64,000 bases of DNA from Perkinsus chesapeaki ATCC PRA-425 (GCA_013115145.1 JAAPAO010000052.1:1-64000), one strand, 5' to 3'; counted from the stretch's first letter, positions 11,825 through 24,596 are shown. Numbers and translations: made by a program. Notes: a model not told the origin generated them from the sequence alone.

Positions 11825-13714
11825 ATGTTCGGAGAAATAGTTATAGAAGAAGGCTCATTCCAGCCGACCAAAACACGCAAACAAAAGTTATTGGATAAAC
11901 GAAAGAAGCGAGGGACTGCACCATCACCACCACCTGCTGCCGTTGCTACTACTGATGATAAATCAAAGCAACACCACCACGACAAGGAGCCAGTACGTCA
12001 GCAGCATGTTACTACTAAGGTGGAAACCGAAGCAACTGCGATACCTTCAACATCGCCTACAGCGACTAGTGGTGTTCCAGTATCAAAGCAGGATAATGTC
12101 CCTAAGGCTGCTGAGATTCCTTCTATTAACAATACCCCTGTCTCCCAGGCAAGCATGCCGCCTCCAGCGCCCCCAGGTGGCCGAGGTCCTCGTAAGGTTG
12201 TTCTACCGACTCCATGTGTTGGTGCTGGTCATACTACTAAGTGCACTGGTAAGGTTGCTCATACTGCACCATCCACTCCACCGAGGACTCATCACCGTCC
12301 AAAGCCAACTCCTCCAGTGGGTGAAGTCTGGCCTAATGTTTGGGATAATGCTCGGATTGCTCCATCTTATTATCGTCAACCTGAGAAGCAGCAGCATACC
12401 ACTCCTGTCATTAGTAAAGAGGTTGATACCCCTACTACTGGTAAGGATGTTGATGATGCTGAAAGGATAAGGGAATTATCTGAAAGTCCCAAGTACAAGC
12501 CGAAGGATGACATCAAGGATGTTCCCGAGGTTGATAAGCAAGAAAAGCATGCTGCTGCTGTTGACGACACTACGACTAAATTACCGGCTAAGAGCATACC
12601 TCCATCAACAAAGCCCGCTGCTCCTGCTCCTCCGTTGGCCATGCCTCCTCCTCCGCCACCACCACCAGTGGCACCTGCGAAGGTATCTACAGTACAGGCT
12701 GGTACAAGCCCGATGAATAGTATCTTGAAGCAGCCTCAAGCCCATCTGGTTGATGCCTCTGTGCAGACAGAGGCCCCGCGTCGGCCGGTTAGTAGAAGCA
12801 TCGAGACTCAGACGGATGCTGTAACTACGACGGAGTCTAGTACTGATATGCCTCCTACACCTCTGGTATATCAATCAGCAGCAGCAGCTGCTACCAGCAC
12901 CTCTACGATGAACCCATTCGGTGCTACTGTTGCTGCAGCAGCTCCACTGGGTATGGAGGGTTTATCGTCACTACTTCCTGATTTCCCCACGATTGCTGGC
13001 CCACCACCTGGTCTCTCTGGGCATGCTGATTCTGCTTATCCTCAGTCCGCAGCCGTCCAGCACCAGATGGGCGCCGCCGGTGGCTCATCCATTAGTGGTG
13101 CTGGTTCAGCGAATGCCAATACTGTTGGAACTGGAGGTATGGCCTACTATGATCCAATGAGGGTTTATAGTACCATGATTTCACTCCAGCAACAGCAACT
13201 ACAACAACAACAGCATACGTCATCGGTTACCCAGCAACAACAGCAACATCAGGGTAATCCAGCAGCGGCATTCTGGGCAGCAGCCAACGCCCCATCAACT
13301 ACACCTCCACTAACCTCGGTTAATATATTCGGTGGTCCTTCTTCGACTCCTAATGATCAACAACAGATGCTACTGCAGCAGCAGCAACAGCAGTCCTCCT
13401 CTGGTGATGGGTATCATGGACAACAACGTTATGAGACTAGTGGAAGCAACAGCAGCAACAACCGCCAATACCAACAATATGAACTTCACAATAGTTCTCA
13501 GCGTGATACTGGCTATGGTGGTCAGCAGCCCCGTGATGGTGGTTATGGTGGTCAGCAGCCCCGTGATGGTGGTTATGGTGGTCAGCAGTCCCGTGATGGT
13601 GGTTATGGTGGTCAGCAGTCCCGTGATGGTGGTTATGGTGTTCAGCAACAGCATTACCAGAGACATCAGAGTGGTCAGTATAGGAGTGGCAATAATAGTG
13701 GAAGAAGATATTAG
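11825..13714 (+). CDS. Intronless 629-aa Pro/Gln-rich disordered protein with C-terminal GGYGGQQ repeats
   Basis: 1.9-kb open frame with ATG; basic N-terminus, poly-P and poly-Q tracts, decapeptide repeats. Confidence 0.8.
   Translation: MFGEIVIEEGSFQPTKTRKQKLLDKRKKRGTAPSPPPAAVATTDDKSKQHHHDKEPVRQQHVTTKVETEATAIPSTSPTATSGVPVSKQDNVPKAAEIPSINNTPVSQASMPPPAPPGGRGPRKVVLPTPCVGAGHTTKCTGKVAHTAPSTPPRTHHRPKPTPPVGEVWPNVWDNARIAPSYYRQPEKQQHTTPVISKEVDTPTTGKDVDDAERIRELSESPKYKPKDDIKDVPEVDKQEKHAAAVDDTTTKLPAKSIPPSTKPAAPAPPLAMPPPPPPPPVAPAKVSTVQAGTSPMNSILKQPQAHLVDASVQTEAPRRPVSRSIETQTDAVTTTESSTDMPPTPLVYQSAAAAATSTSTMNPFGATVAAAAPLGMEGLSSLLPDFPTIAGPPPGLSGHADSAYPQSAAVQHQMGAAGGSSISGAGSANANTVGTGGMAYYDPMRVYSTMISLQQQQLQQQQHTSSVTQQQQQHQGNPAAAFWAAANAPSTTPPLTSVNIFGGPSSTPNDQQQMLLQQQQQQSSSGDGYHGQQRYETSGSNSSNNRQYQQYELHNSSQRDTGYGGQQPRDGGYGGQQPRDGGYGGQQSRDGGYGGQQSRDGGYGVQQQHYQRHQSGQYRSGNNSGRRY
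13501..13650 (+). repeat. 30-bp tandem repeat, 5 copies (RDGGYGGQQP/S)
   Basis: ccgtgatggtggttatggtggtcagcagc/tc units start at 13501, 13531, 13561, 13591 and 13621. Confidence 0.95.
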
Positions 13715-14276
13715 CAGAAATATTAGGAGGATGGGTTATGCTAATGAATAGAAGCTATTAGCTCCTTTGTTGTTGTTAAAGTACTATTTTTGAACCATTA
13801 AGATGATGATATAAAAGTATGGTGCTCTCTCTACTATTACTATTGATGATGTTGGTATTGTCTATCATGGCCAGTTCATCATCAAAGCTGATGTAGGTTA
13901 TCATTGATTGCCTTGCTCTGTCATTGACCGGGCTGCTGCTGCTACTGCTGCTGAGTACCCGTACTGAAGTCCGCCGACAGGTGTTATCGAGGGCTGTTAT
14001 AGTTTATGACTCGATTCATCATGACGACAGTGACTTCTGCTGCTGCATTATCACTCTCTATCTCGCTCCTGCCATATCAATAACATCTCCTCCTCTTCCT
14101 CCTGCTGCTGCTGTTTTTATTAGTCACCATTACATAGTATGATCCACTTGTAGCCATTTCGGCAACAATATCTATTTCTATCATACCATTCGATATTGTT
14201 AAGTCATCAGTCAATTAGCCATAGATACCCCAACCCAACTTAATGGCGTTCATCATTTAGGTTTAATAACTTAACA

Positions 14277-16750
14277 ATGCGTGGTGGTTATGGAGAGCCC
14301 ATGGACGGTTATGGTGACAATGACGCTGAAGATCTTCTCGAGGTTGATATGATCCCCTATAAGAATGACCGACGGAGAAGGCACCACCTGGGATGGTTGA
14401 GGTAAAGTGAATCTTGGCTTCACCAGCGCTGATAACACTGTTAGTGCCATCTACGAGGAGACAGGCTTGCACGAATTCGCCAGAACAATTCGAGATGAAA
14501 AACAGCGCAGGTTGGCAGAATCTTATAGGCCACGGTGAGCCATTAGCCGCTCCTAGAGACATTGTTGCTTAGGTAGATACCCTTGGCTTGATAGTATGGT
14601 TAAATCTATGGCATTTGAGGCGGTATTCGGTATTCTAATCATCATTAATTGTGTATACATAGGCCTTGCTGCTAACAACAACAACAGTGGTGGTTCCCCC
14701 TCAACTACTCAGTAGGCCTTTCACAGCCTTTACTGCTGGCAACTGCTGCTGCTGCTGTTTGAGGTCTGACTATTCCACTGCCGAACATTTCTTCACTGCT
14801 GTATTTTTTATTGAATGGATACTGAGAGTTACAGCTGGTGGATGGGTTTGGATGTTCGACTGTAAGCTACTACCACCACAAAGTCCTGCCTAAGTTTCCC
14901 TTTTCAGTGGCCAACTTTGCTGATTTCCTGTTGGTCTTTGTAACCGGTGTTATGGCAAATTGGTTTCTTGAGCCTCTTGGTGCAGATGTATCCCTCCTCA
15001 GAAAGCTTACTGTTCTTCGAGCCCTACGTCTGGTAAGGTTGCCATCTGAAAGTTACTGTCATCTAACTTATCCACCTCCACGGTTAGGTACGACTAGCAC
15101 GAGCTGTCAGATTGCTACCTGTCTTCAAGGAGATGTGGTTATTATTAAAAGGCCTTTTAGACAGTGTTTTATTGATGCTTTGGACCCTCATTATTGTTAC
15201 TGTGCTACTCTTTATGTTTGCTGTATGGGGGTAGGTCACTTGATTCACATCGATTGCTTGTTAATTCATTATCATTAGTGTTGAGATTATCGGCCGTAAC
15301 CCTGAGGTTGCTGCTGATCCTTTGACATCATCACTCTTTCCTACCCTCCATGAAGGCATGTTCACATTATTCCAGGTCAGCAGCACCAGCAGCAGCAGCC
15401 CTGCCTGTCACTGTTCTCTGTCCTAGGTTCTCACCCTGGACACATGGGCTGATACCGTCGCCCGACCGTTGATGGTACATTTACCCAGAATTGGTTTGTA
15501 TTTCGTGGCTTTTATAACAGTTGTGGTATTTGTAAGTCGTCCTCGCCGCCACCACCACCCAACACCTTCCCGCCACCAGTGCCCCCTCAGGTGCTCATGA
15601 ACCTTGTAACAGCAGTTGTGGTTGAGAATGCCTTTGCGATAGCTCAGACAGATGAGGAGCAGCAGGCACGAGTTAAGCAAGCCCAAAAGAGGAAGGTGCC
15701 CACGAGCTTCGCCTCCGCTGTGGACCTCAATAAAGCCTTAGGACATCCTTGACTTGAAGGATTTGTTCATGGAGCTGGATACTGACGGCAGCGGTGAACT
15801 AGACATCAAGGAGTTCAACGAGGCTCTTGGTAATCAGAAAGTAAGGAAGGTGAGGCTGTTGTGATGGGTTAGTATGACTCATTCAGATTGCTGATAAGAT
15901 AGCAAGTCTTGGTGTTGAACGGGAGGATATGCAAGATGTAGGAAGATAGTTAGCCTTCACTGGCATCTGACCTTATCAGATATGGGATCTTATGGATAAT
16001 GGTGATGGTCATCTAACCATTGAGGAGTTCACGGGAGGTCTACGTAAACTTAAAGGTGGAGCTAGACCGAAGGAGGTATGGAATATCTACTCTTACAGCT
16101 GTATGATATTCAAGTTAGGTGCTAGTACTCCTTAAAGGACTACGACAAGCTCTTGTTAATAGTACCGTACCGGTGTGTGACGACGAATATCATTATATTA
16201 GCCGTTGTCAGCTAATTCATTATCGGACCAAGTGTGGGACTTATGTGAGTCCATTGGAGATACAGTAGATGACTTGGATGATGTCCGGCATGATATCGGT
16301 GTAGCAGTGTCGGCCATTGCAGCTCTTAAGGGTCACTTCAAGGACACGTAGGCCTCACTTTGTTGTGGTTGTTACACTTGAGGTGGTGGCAACATCAGTC
16401 AGGGAATTCGTAGGAAGCAAACGACCAAGTCACCTGGCCAAGACGGTCCTTCAAACATCGAGGTGCGATTCAATCTGGACTGGATTATTCACGCTCCTCT
16501 CAGGCCTTCCCTCCGATCAACTCCCTGGCTGCGTCGTCATCATCATCATCACCTCTCAGAAGTAAGTCCGCCGTGTGCAGCACGGAGTCCTGTATTTGAT
16601 ACAGGCTCCATCAGACCGAGAGCTTCAAGTCATGCCGCGGCCAATACACCACCACTACATTTGCCTGGTCTTATTGAATCCCATACCTCCCCGTCCCTGC
16701 CCCGTCGTATGTCCTATTAGCTTTCCAGCTCTTCAGAGTTGCTAGTACCT
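14277..16750 (+). CDS. Single-domain (6TM) voltage-gated cation channel with C-terminal EF-hand pair (EukCat/CatSper/BacNav-like)
   Basis: S1 FEAVFGILIIINCVYIG; S4 RKLTVLRALRL|VRLARAVR; pore FQ|VLTLDTWAD; S6 LMNLVTAVVVE; EF-hands ELDTDGSGELDIKEF and MDNGDGHLTIEEF. The 3' end is approximate. Confidence 0.9.
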
Positions 16751-16866
16751 CAATTAATATCATATCAGTTCCATAATTCATTTCTGGTGTTGCCTTGTGT
16801 GACAGCAGCAGCCAGTCGTCACCATCATCATCTCCGTCGTTCTTCGCTATCGCCCTTTCGTAACCT

Positions 16867-18317
16867 ATGTTGAGAGAATCGTCCCCAAGAACAGCCTCTA
16901 ACTCAATCCCTCCTGTTCGTACTGCTCATCGTCATCATTCCCGTGCTGCGAATGACGGAGCCCTCGCTGATGAGCTGCAGCCAATAGCAGCTCTACAACC
17001 TGCAAATTTGGCACCCACTTCGAGGCTCAATATCGAAGGACCGAGAAATTCTGTGAGCTACTCGCTGCTGCAAGCTGCAATGGTTATCACTAACTATGTG
17101 TTGCCGCTTTCAGGTGAAACTCACAATCGAGAAACCTTCGTTCTGGCCTATTATCCGCCGCGTACTCATCCTCGCCTTTGGATTCAGTTCATGTATCTTT
17201 CTGGCTGCTACTTGGTATGGCATAATATCCAACAACTCTATTAATACGTTTTATCAAATATGATAGGTTCGCAGAAGGCATAACTTGGATTTATGATGCC
17301 AATCTTGATACCTGGCCTATTGCTGAGTGCCCTGGGTTCATCATTAACACTAGGGACTCCTATGTTGATGGCCCACGGTAGCTGCTCCTGCTGTTGCCAT
17401 GTCCACCATCAACGACCGTTATCCTTCCTGCTGTTGTAGGTGCTCTACGAGTATTGCATATGCCGACAGCTTAGCTCGATATATGAAAAGTATTGGTTTG
17501 GTGCCTTCTGATGGCCGACCTGATGAGTACAAGGGTAAGTGCATTATACCTGATGACTTTGAGGATGACATTGTATGCTATAATAGAAGGCCATGTGATG
17601 CTACATGTAGTGGATACCTTACTTATCATCATAGTAAGGATGATGATATCGTTCTAGGTACAACATTTCCTGTCCCTGGAAGATGTCCAGATCCTGATAC
17701 TCTACCTTATATGGAGACGGTATCCATCTACAAACAGGTAAAGCTGCACCTGTTCACCATCGCTGATGAGCCTGTTGTTGATTTAAGGACCAATGTATGG
17801 TAATTCTTGGTGACAACCCTCTTCCTATGCCATTGTTGTTCCCGTGCAAAGAGATATCTATTGGCTCATATTGTGATTCTTCCTTCAAGATAACACCGTC
17901 CAATATGACTGCTATACGAGGTTGGACGCGCTACTGAACAAGGAAGTTCCAGTGATGAAAATGAATCTCTTCAGGCCTTATCTTGGGTGCCTGCCTTATA
18001 CTGGTAGTCTGGCTCATTGGGGAGCTCATCCTCAGAAATGTCGATATCAAGTTACGCAAGCAGCATGCCGAGGTAGACTCGCTGCTGGTTACCTGAATTT
18101 CCAGTATTATCTTATTTAGGGTATGGCAAGACAAGCCATTATACTGCCACCTAAAAGACGAGAGCTTCGAGCTATGCTGGAGGAGGGCTGGGCACTTGAA
18201 GCCAGCATCGCGGTAAGCTTATGCTTAATGTTTATATATAATCTACCGCTCCATCATTGTCAGGGTAGTGATCAAGCGAGCACTAGGGCTGGCTCTGATA
18301 CTCCTATGACTAGATAG
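16867..18317 (+). CDS. Hypothetical type II membrane protein with Cys-rich ectodomain
   Basis: Spliced ...GPRNS|VKLTIEK...RRVLILAFGFSSCIFLAATWYGII (TM), followed by Cys-rich exons. The 3' exons are uncertain. Confidence 0.5.
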
Positions 18318-18383
18318 TAAGCCTTGAGCGCTGTTTGCCTGCAACAGGTCTATTCCTTTGTCAGTAGCAGCTCAGTTTATGGT

Positions 18384-21300
18384 ATGTATTACCCGGAGGC
18401 CTACCAGTCACCACAAATCATCGCACCACTGAGCACAGTTAATCAGCAACAACAGCAGTATATTACACCCCCACCAACTGTTGATAGAGCTCTCGGTGAA
18501 TCATATCGTTATTCGACACCATCGACTAGAATTGGATATTCCCCAAGAAGTATTTATTGCTTTATCCTTCAGCTTGGAGTTGGCTTTATCCAGGTTACTC
18601 TGTTCCAACTGGTGCTACCTCCAGCGCCTATGGAGCAGGGTATTCATCCTCTGCTTTCGGTGGGGTATCGTCATCAGCATCAAGGTTGTCTAAGAGCCAA
18701 ATGGAGTCAAGAGACCCAAGAAAGAGGCAAAGAGGCTATCGCTTGGTGTTACTATGCTACCGAAGTTCTCTTCAGATTCGAGTCCTGTGCATGGCGTCGT
18801 CGATTACGGCAATGGAAGGAACTTCAGAACCAAAAGAGATGGTCTTTTTCGAGCCGTCAGCTTATGAGAACTGTTCTCCTCAATACTTTCTACGTTGCTG
18901 TATGTCCTTTGTAACTTTGCTATATTATTAAGTATATATTATCAGATTCTTGTCTGTACAATGTATCTTATTATATATATGTCACCGCAGAACAGTGCTG
19001 GAGGGGCGGATGCTCTCGAAGTGCTAGAAGGTGAGTGAAGTTGGTCTTCCTCCTCCTATCCTTCTTCATGTATTGACCAATATAATATCAGGCAATGTAT
19101 CCATCTGGGAGATCCATACTTGGCTTGATTTTATCATATTCATTGATGTTCTGTTGGATACCGGATTATTCCTCGCAGCAGCGATAACTGTCAAGTGGCC
19201 TCGTGCACCGGTATTCAGTCGCCATCTCCAGGTGAGTCCATAACACTTACCATTGATGCGTAATTATATATTAGGGCGCTCTGGAAAGTGTGGCACGTCA
19301 AGGAGTAGAGGACGGTCAGAATGGAGAGCACGGTGTAGGTGATGACTGGTCGGAAAGTAAGATACTTTCCTACCTTCCCTGTTTACACTGCTTCAAGGCT
19401 CATCTTCATCTGGCTCGCGGTTGTACTCTGACGACAGTGCTTCATCTGGCAGCAGTACTGATACTCGTAGCCTCTCCTTTGTGAGTCGCTACCGCATTGT
19501 ATTTGGATGTCAAAGCCCCTCGTTCAGGTACTCAAGCAATCCCTTACCCACGACTGTTGCCTGATGATTGCCTGCCACGAGTCTACGATGACTAAGGAAC
19601 GCTATGAACTTTTCAGTGGAACTCTCAGAGCTGCCCTTATGGTGACCATCGCTGTTTACTACTTGAATTATTTTAAAAAAGGTGTTCCCTCCATCTCATA
19701 TTTTTGTATGTGATAATGGTAACAGTCCAGCTCCTGTAGATGATACTCAGATGGCTACTAGAGAGGCCCATCCTGATATTAATTATATGTAGTCATCATA
19801 TTACTCATTGATATACGTATAACAAGGGTCATTTCAGTTACGTCCCCGAGGGTAACAAGACTTTCGCATTCTACTGGTGTAACAAGTTCTGGATACCATT
19901 CCTTGCGCGCCATTCTAAGGTGGCAGATTTCAAGTAGGATAGAACTCCAGTATGTCTAACATGCATCCTTCAACATCAGATACGCTGTTATTATTGATGA
20001 TGATGTCCCATTACCAGCAGACTTACACATTCCTCATGAGCATCTTCGTAACCATCCCGAAATCAAAGCGGTGGGTGGGCAGGATCATCACAGCAGCTAT
20101 GCGGTTTAATTGAGTGCTTAGGTCCACTTTCCCATTACAGCAGTCTCATCTCATGGTACTGGCAATATGCTAGTGAAGTGTCAAGACATTGAATACAAGC
20201 TGGCAGCGGTTCATAAGTTATTCCAGTAGCAACTATTCTTAATACCTTCTCAAATAGGACTTGTAACAGGTCATCACTTTCACGATGTCTGTCGTGCCAT
20301 GGAGCTATCGCTTTGTGGGAGCGTCGTGCCCTCGAGGCTATACTTTATGAGCATGATACAGTGTTCCATGGCGAAGACATGTAATGAATAAGCCTCATCT
20401 CGTCGTCGTCGTCGATAACCATCTTTGTTTGACCACCCGCTCAGGTATATGGGTCTATGTTTACTTCACCGCAGAGATGACTCTAGAATCATATCCTGTG
20501 CACAATCGGTGGTACCCACGTGAGTTGCTGCCCTGCTTATGTAGTTCATTGCATCCTATAAAGCTGGTTAGGTACGCCCCCGACTCGTTCCCTATGCTCT
20601 TCCGACAAAGAGTTAAGAGTTGGGAGCTAACAAGTCATCGCAAAACATTCACTTATATAAAGTGGGAGGGGGTTTATCCTCGTCATGATTTTTATATTGA
20701 AGCATGCTATCTTTAGGGAAGTCCTATCTCCAGCATCATTTTGCCATGCGGCATCATTGATTCTTAAACCTTACTTCCTGCAAGAGGTTCTTACTATATT
20801 GTTGGACTGGCTAAGAACATTCTTGCTTACTGGTAACTTCAACCACCACATATTCGAGTTTTTTTTATCTTTGTCGTACTCAGGTCTGCTTCTCCGTGAC
20901 TGGGTTGGCCTTTTGCTCATGACATCAGTGTTCACTTGTCTACTGTAAATTTTGTATTATTACGCTTTCTATACTATGTGTTCACAGATACATTCAGATA
21001 ATAATATTTCAGTTGGTCGTTCTCCGTCAAAGGAAAGAGCTTCGCAGCTCCCTACTCACTATCATACTCTTCCCTTGGTACCCCCTCACGACACTTTAGC
21101 AGAATGTTTAGTTAGTATAACTTGCAGGTACCGTCTCATGGGGCTCATGTTCCGGCTTTGCGCACTCTGTCAGAACTTACTTGTTTACAGTCACGACAGG
21201 ACTTTCCTTAAGATTGGTAGCAGCCTTATTTTGGAATTTCCGACCATCACAGTGGTTTAGGTCAACGAGAGGATGAGATCCGAGACATACCACCGTGCCC

Positions 21301-21535
21301 TCCTCACCCGGATGTTGATTGGTTCTCGATTTGGATTGAAGATGATCTCATCAGCTCCACTGCACTCTCAGAAAAGAAAGTGAGCCCTCGAATGAAATGC
21401 TATAGGAGCTGGACTGTTTGTAGAGCAATCGGAGACGGAGCAAACACAGAGAGACGAGGGGCTTGGGCGACTCTGTTGGGTACAAAGCAAACACCCTCCT
21501 TTCGTTCGCTTCATAGCTTTCGTCGCCTGTTTTAG
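18384..21535 (+). CDS. Processive GT2-family glycosyltransferase (chitin/cellulose/hyaluronan synthase superfamily)
   Basis: Motifs in order: CDNG, YVPEGNKT, VIIDDD (DxD), HGED, FRQRVKSW (QxxRW-like), C-terminal TM segments and PPHPDVDWFSIW. The ends are approximate. Confidence 0.85.
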
Positions 21536-22946
21536 GTCAGTGCGGATGTATAACAACTCAGCTAACCCTATCGGAGCTCGACAACAGCTTTATTTTGACT
21601 GATGACAATCGTTTCAATGGCCTCTTTATCCCTCGCCGATGACGTGTATATTCCGGCCGAGGTCATTGTTACTGCAACAGCATCATCAATTGATTATTGC
21701 CCACGAGGTCCAAAGTTATTCTTTTTAAAGGCGAATTCGCCTAACGATTGTGCATGTTTCGTAAGACGATATAGACGAATGTCGCGTTAGTAAGTCGATA
21801 CTGTTGACGGGAGCAAAAGTAAGCTGAAAAGTGGAATAAGACGCTACCACCACACTGGAGCTACCCTATCCTTCCATACTAGCTCATCTACTGTAAGCCT
21901 AGGAATCCTAAGTACCGGAACAAAACACCTGAATCATGCAACGAACATGCAAGGCGAGAATAAGCGCAAGAGTACTTGGTAGCTCGCAGATTACTGTGCT
22001 TCAGTTTCCCTTAAACTCACTAGGTTCGTTTTTGCAGTTCGCTATCTGCCTTCGTTCCTGTCCGGACTCCAGAGATCTTGCTGGATATGGGCTGTTAGGC
22101 TTCCGTGCTATCTTACGGTAGTGAATTGGAACCAGAATGTACTGTAGTTTATAAGCATTTGAATCTAAAGTAACGCATATGCTTCTAGTTAACGGTGTTA
22201 CAAGTTACATAAGGTTGAACTTATTGACACCACTAGAGAGCTCAAGGGCAATATCGTGATGAAGCGGATGCGACACCTGAATGAGAATCATACACGATAA
22301 AAAGGGTTGAAGACTTCACTAGAATCACTTGAAGTGATTCACTTCAGCAATGCTAGCCTTGCATGCGCTGCTGAGTATCCATCAGCATCACACGTAGTGC
22401 GTACATGCTTGCAAGGAAAGCTAGTGGATTAGTAAGGGAAGGAAGATATCTGAGGTCATCACAAACTTTTCTGACAAACATGATCTAGAAGTATGAAGTG
22501 TTCCACATCTCACCGTATTAGGGGCATATCCTAGGATAGGACTTTTAACATACGATATCCTATACCAGGATAAAGCTTTCTCTAAGTTTACGGCCCGGTG
22601 GGTTACCGGCCCGGCGGTCACCGGCGGTGACGCTAGACTGTGACTATCGGGGTGGAGCGGGGCCAAGGTCGCGATCTTGACCGAGAAACGTCTCAGCTTG
22701 TCGTACATCGCTTAGGATTTAGACAAAACACGCAAACACGGGAAGTGGTAATAATTGTCTGATATTGGAGCTCAAAAATGCATCCCCATACCTCTGAGAA
22801 TTGGTATCTCAACTCGAACACCACCCGTGACTCAGGGCATCCGTGACCGCCGGGCGGTCACCGCCCTCAGGTGACTCATTCTAGGTGATCGAGGGGATAA
22901 TTAGATTACTTCAGCTGCCCAACTCAGTTTAAACCCTTCTTTTTAA

Positions 22947-24596
22947 ATGGGTCCTGAGATGGTTTTCTTTTTCCTAGTGTTGCAGACGTCAGTGGTCGAG
23001 ACTTCACGTATCCGCTTCATTGTTAATGTAACAACGTATCTTGATCTCGGTATTAAAGACCACAGGAAGGATGCAACGCCTTGTTGGTTGTCATCGGCCA
23101 GGAATACAGAAGGCCTCACTTTACCTGGAATGGACTATAAGACGATATCAATGATTCAGGAAGTGACTGTGGAAGACGGTGCTCGTTATACTGTCACTGC
23201 AATGCCAAACTATCCATATCAATACTTTATGACTACAGAGACTTCAAATCATACCCGCCTGGAGCAGCTCTTCGGAAATGAGGCAGTTTTGGTCTCCACC
23301 GGCGGCCCTGAAGCCGACGTGGTTAATATGAAAGCCGATTGGTCCAAGGAGGCCCTGCTCGGCGATGGCTGGGTGTATGACACCAATGTAACATTTGACA
23401 ACCGCAACCTCAAGCGTTGGACCAAAACTGTTGAGGAGTTCGACAACGAGTCAAGCTTTAATCATTCTGCTTTGTGTCATTCTGGTGTTGGTCCAAATCG
23501 TTGGTATCTCCTAACCGATGAGAATGACCATCCAGTTAGGTCTGATGCAATCAACACTTGTAAAGAGCAGCTCCACCAAACGGCGGAGTTTAGCAAGTTT
23601 GAGGTCGGTGTGTCACTTGCTAGCTCTGCCTTCACCACTAAAGAAGATATCTTCTATCGCTATGATATCTCCCCGGCAAGAAAATTACGAGACTCAGCAG
23701 AGAGGTTAGCACCGCCTGTCGGTCGACTGTATTTAAACAAAGCAGTGCCACACCCAACCTCTGAGACGCATCTTGGTTATGTTAAAGGCTGGGAAGGGTC
23801 TGATTGGTTATCCAATAAGCAACTGCGTGGGGAGAAGAAAGACAGAATCAACTATTTCACAGTTGAAGAGGGCACGGCATCATACAGTTACTTCTATGCC
23901 GACCACCAGAGGCAGCTGGTTGAACTGGTCAAATTTATGTTTCCAACTACTTGCCGAGATAAGCGGACGGGTTATTCCTTTTGCTTGTACATAGAGGTGA
24001 CTGATGTTATGAGAGGGATGCGTGACTTATCAGTCAACGCTGGCTTCAGCATTGTCGATGTCACAAAACCGAATATAGAGGTTACGCTGAGGCTCTTCTT
24101 CCAGGGAACTTTTGATTCGGAGAACCACTTGTTCGACGTCATTCTTGGTCTACAGGCTCAAGGATGTGCTATTGTGTGGCAGCTCGGTGAAGGTATCGCA
24201 CTCTATGCTGCTGTTTGTATAGATGGTCGAGCCAGAGTGGAACATCCCGAATCACCGAACCGTGTGATCGACGTCCGCATAGCTATGTCATTGACTTTTG
24301 GAGTTTCCATGCCAGTAATCGGGGACTTGGCCGACATCACGTTGCAAGGTGCTCTCACCGCCACCATAGACAAGAACATATCTGCAACTGCTTCCATCAT
24401 GTTAATCAAGTCTTTGCTGGTGGCGGGTGTCGGACTGGGAATAAGTGTGACTGGAATGACTAGTAACCTTGACATGAAGACCTGGGACTGGAGTATCGGA
24501 TTCGACCTACTGTGTTGGGTGAATGTTCTTTTCTGGAAGCATACTTGGAGTAAGACCTATAAAATATTTGACACTGGTCCGATCCACATGCGATGA
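22947..24596 (+). CDS. Intronless 549-aa lineage-specific protein with hydrophobic N-terminus, copy 1
   Basis: 1650-bp ORF; near-identical paralog at 26483; signal-peptide-like MVFFFLVLQTSVV. Confidence 0.85.
   Translation: MGPEMVFFFLVLQTSVVETSRIRFIVNVTTYLDLGIKDHRKDATPCWLSSARNTEGLTLPGMDYKTISMIQEVTVEDGARYTVTAMPNYPYQYFMTTETSNHTRLEQLFGNEAVLVSTGGPEADVVNMKADWSKEALLGDGWVYDTNVTFDNRNLKRWTKTVEEFDNESSFNHSALCHSGVGPNRWYLLTDENDHPVRSDAINTCKEQLHQTAEFSKFEVGVSLASSAFTTKEDIFYRYDISPARKLRDSAERLAPPVGRLYLNKAVPHPTSETHLGYVKGWEGSDWLSNKQLRGEKKDRINYFTVEEGTASYSYFYADHQRQLVELVKFMFPTTCRDKRTGYSFCLYIEVTDVMRGMRDLSVNAGFSIVDVTKPNIEVTLRLFFQGTFDSENHLFDVILGLQAQGCAIVWQLGEGIALYAAVCIDGRARVEHPESPNRVIDVRIAMSLTFGVSMPVIGDLADITLQGALTATIDKNISATASIMLIKSLLVAGVGLGISVTGMTSNLDMKTWDWSIGFDLLCWVNVLFWKHTWSKTYKIFDTGPIHMR

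Noticed and set aside
13501-13650. Regular 30-bp repeats resembling a CRISPR array
   Set aside because: No spacers; an in-frame coding repeat in a eukaryotic gene; no cas genes.
11943-13751. Several long alternative-frame and antisense ORFs over the 629-aa gene
   Set aside because: Shadow ORFs produced by low-complexity, stop-poor codons.
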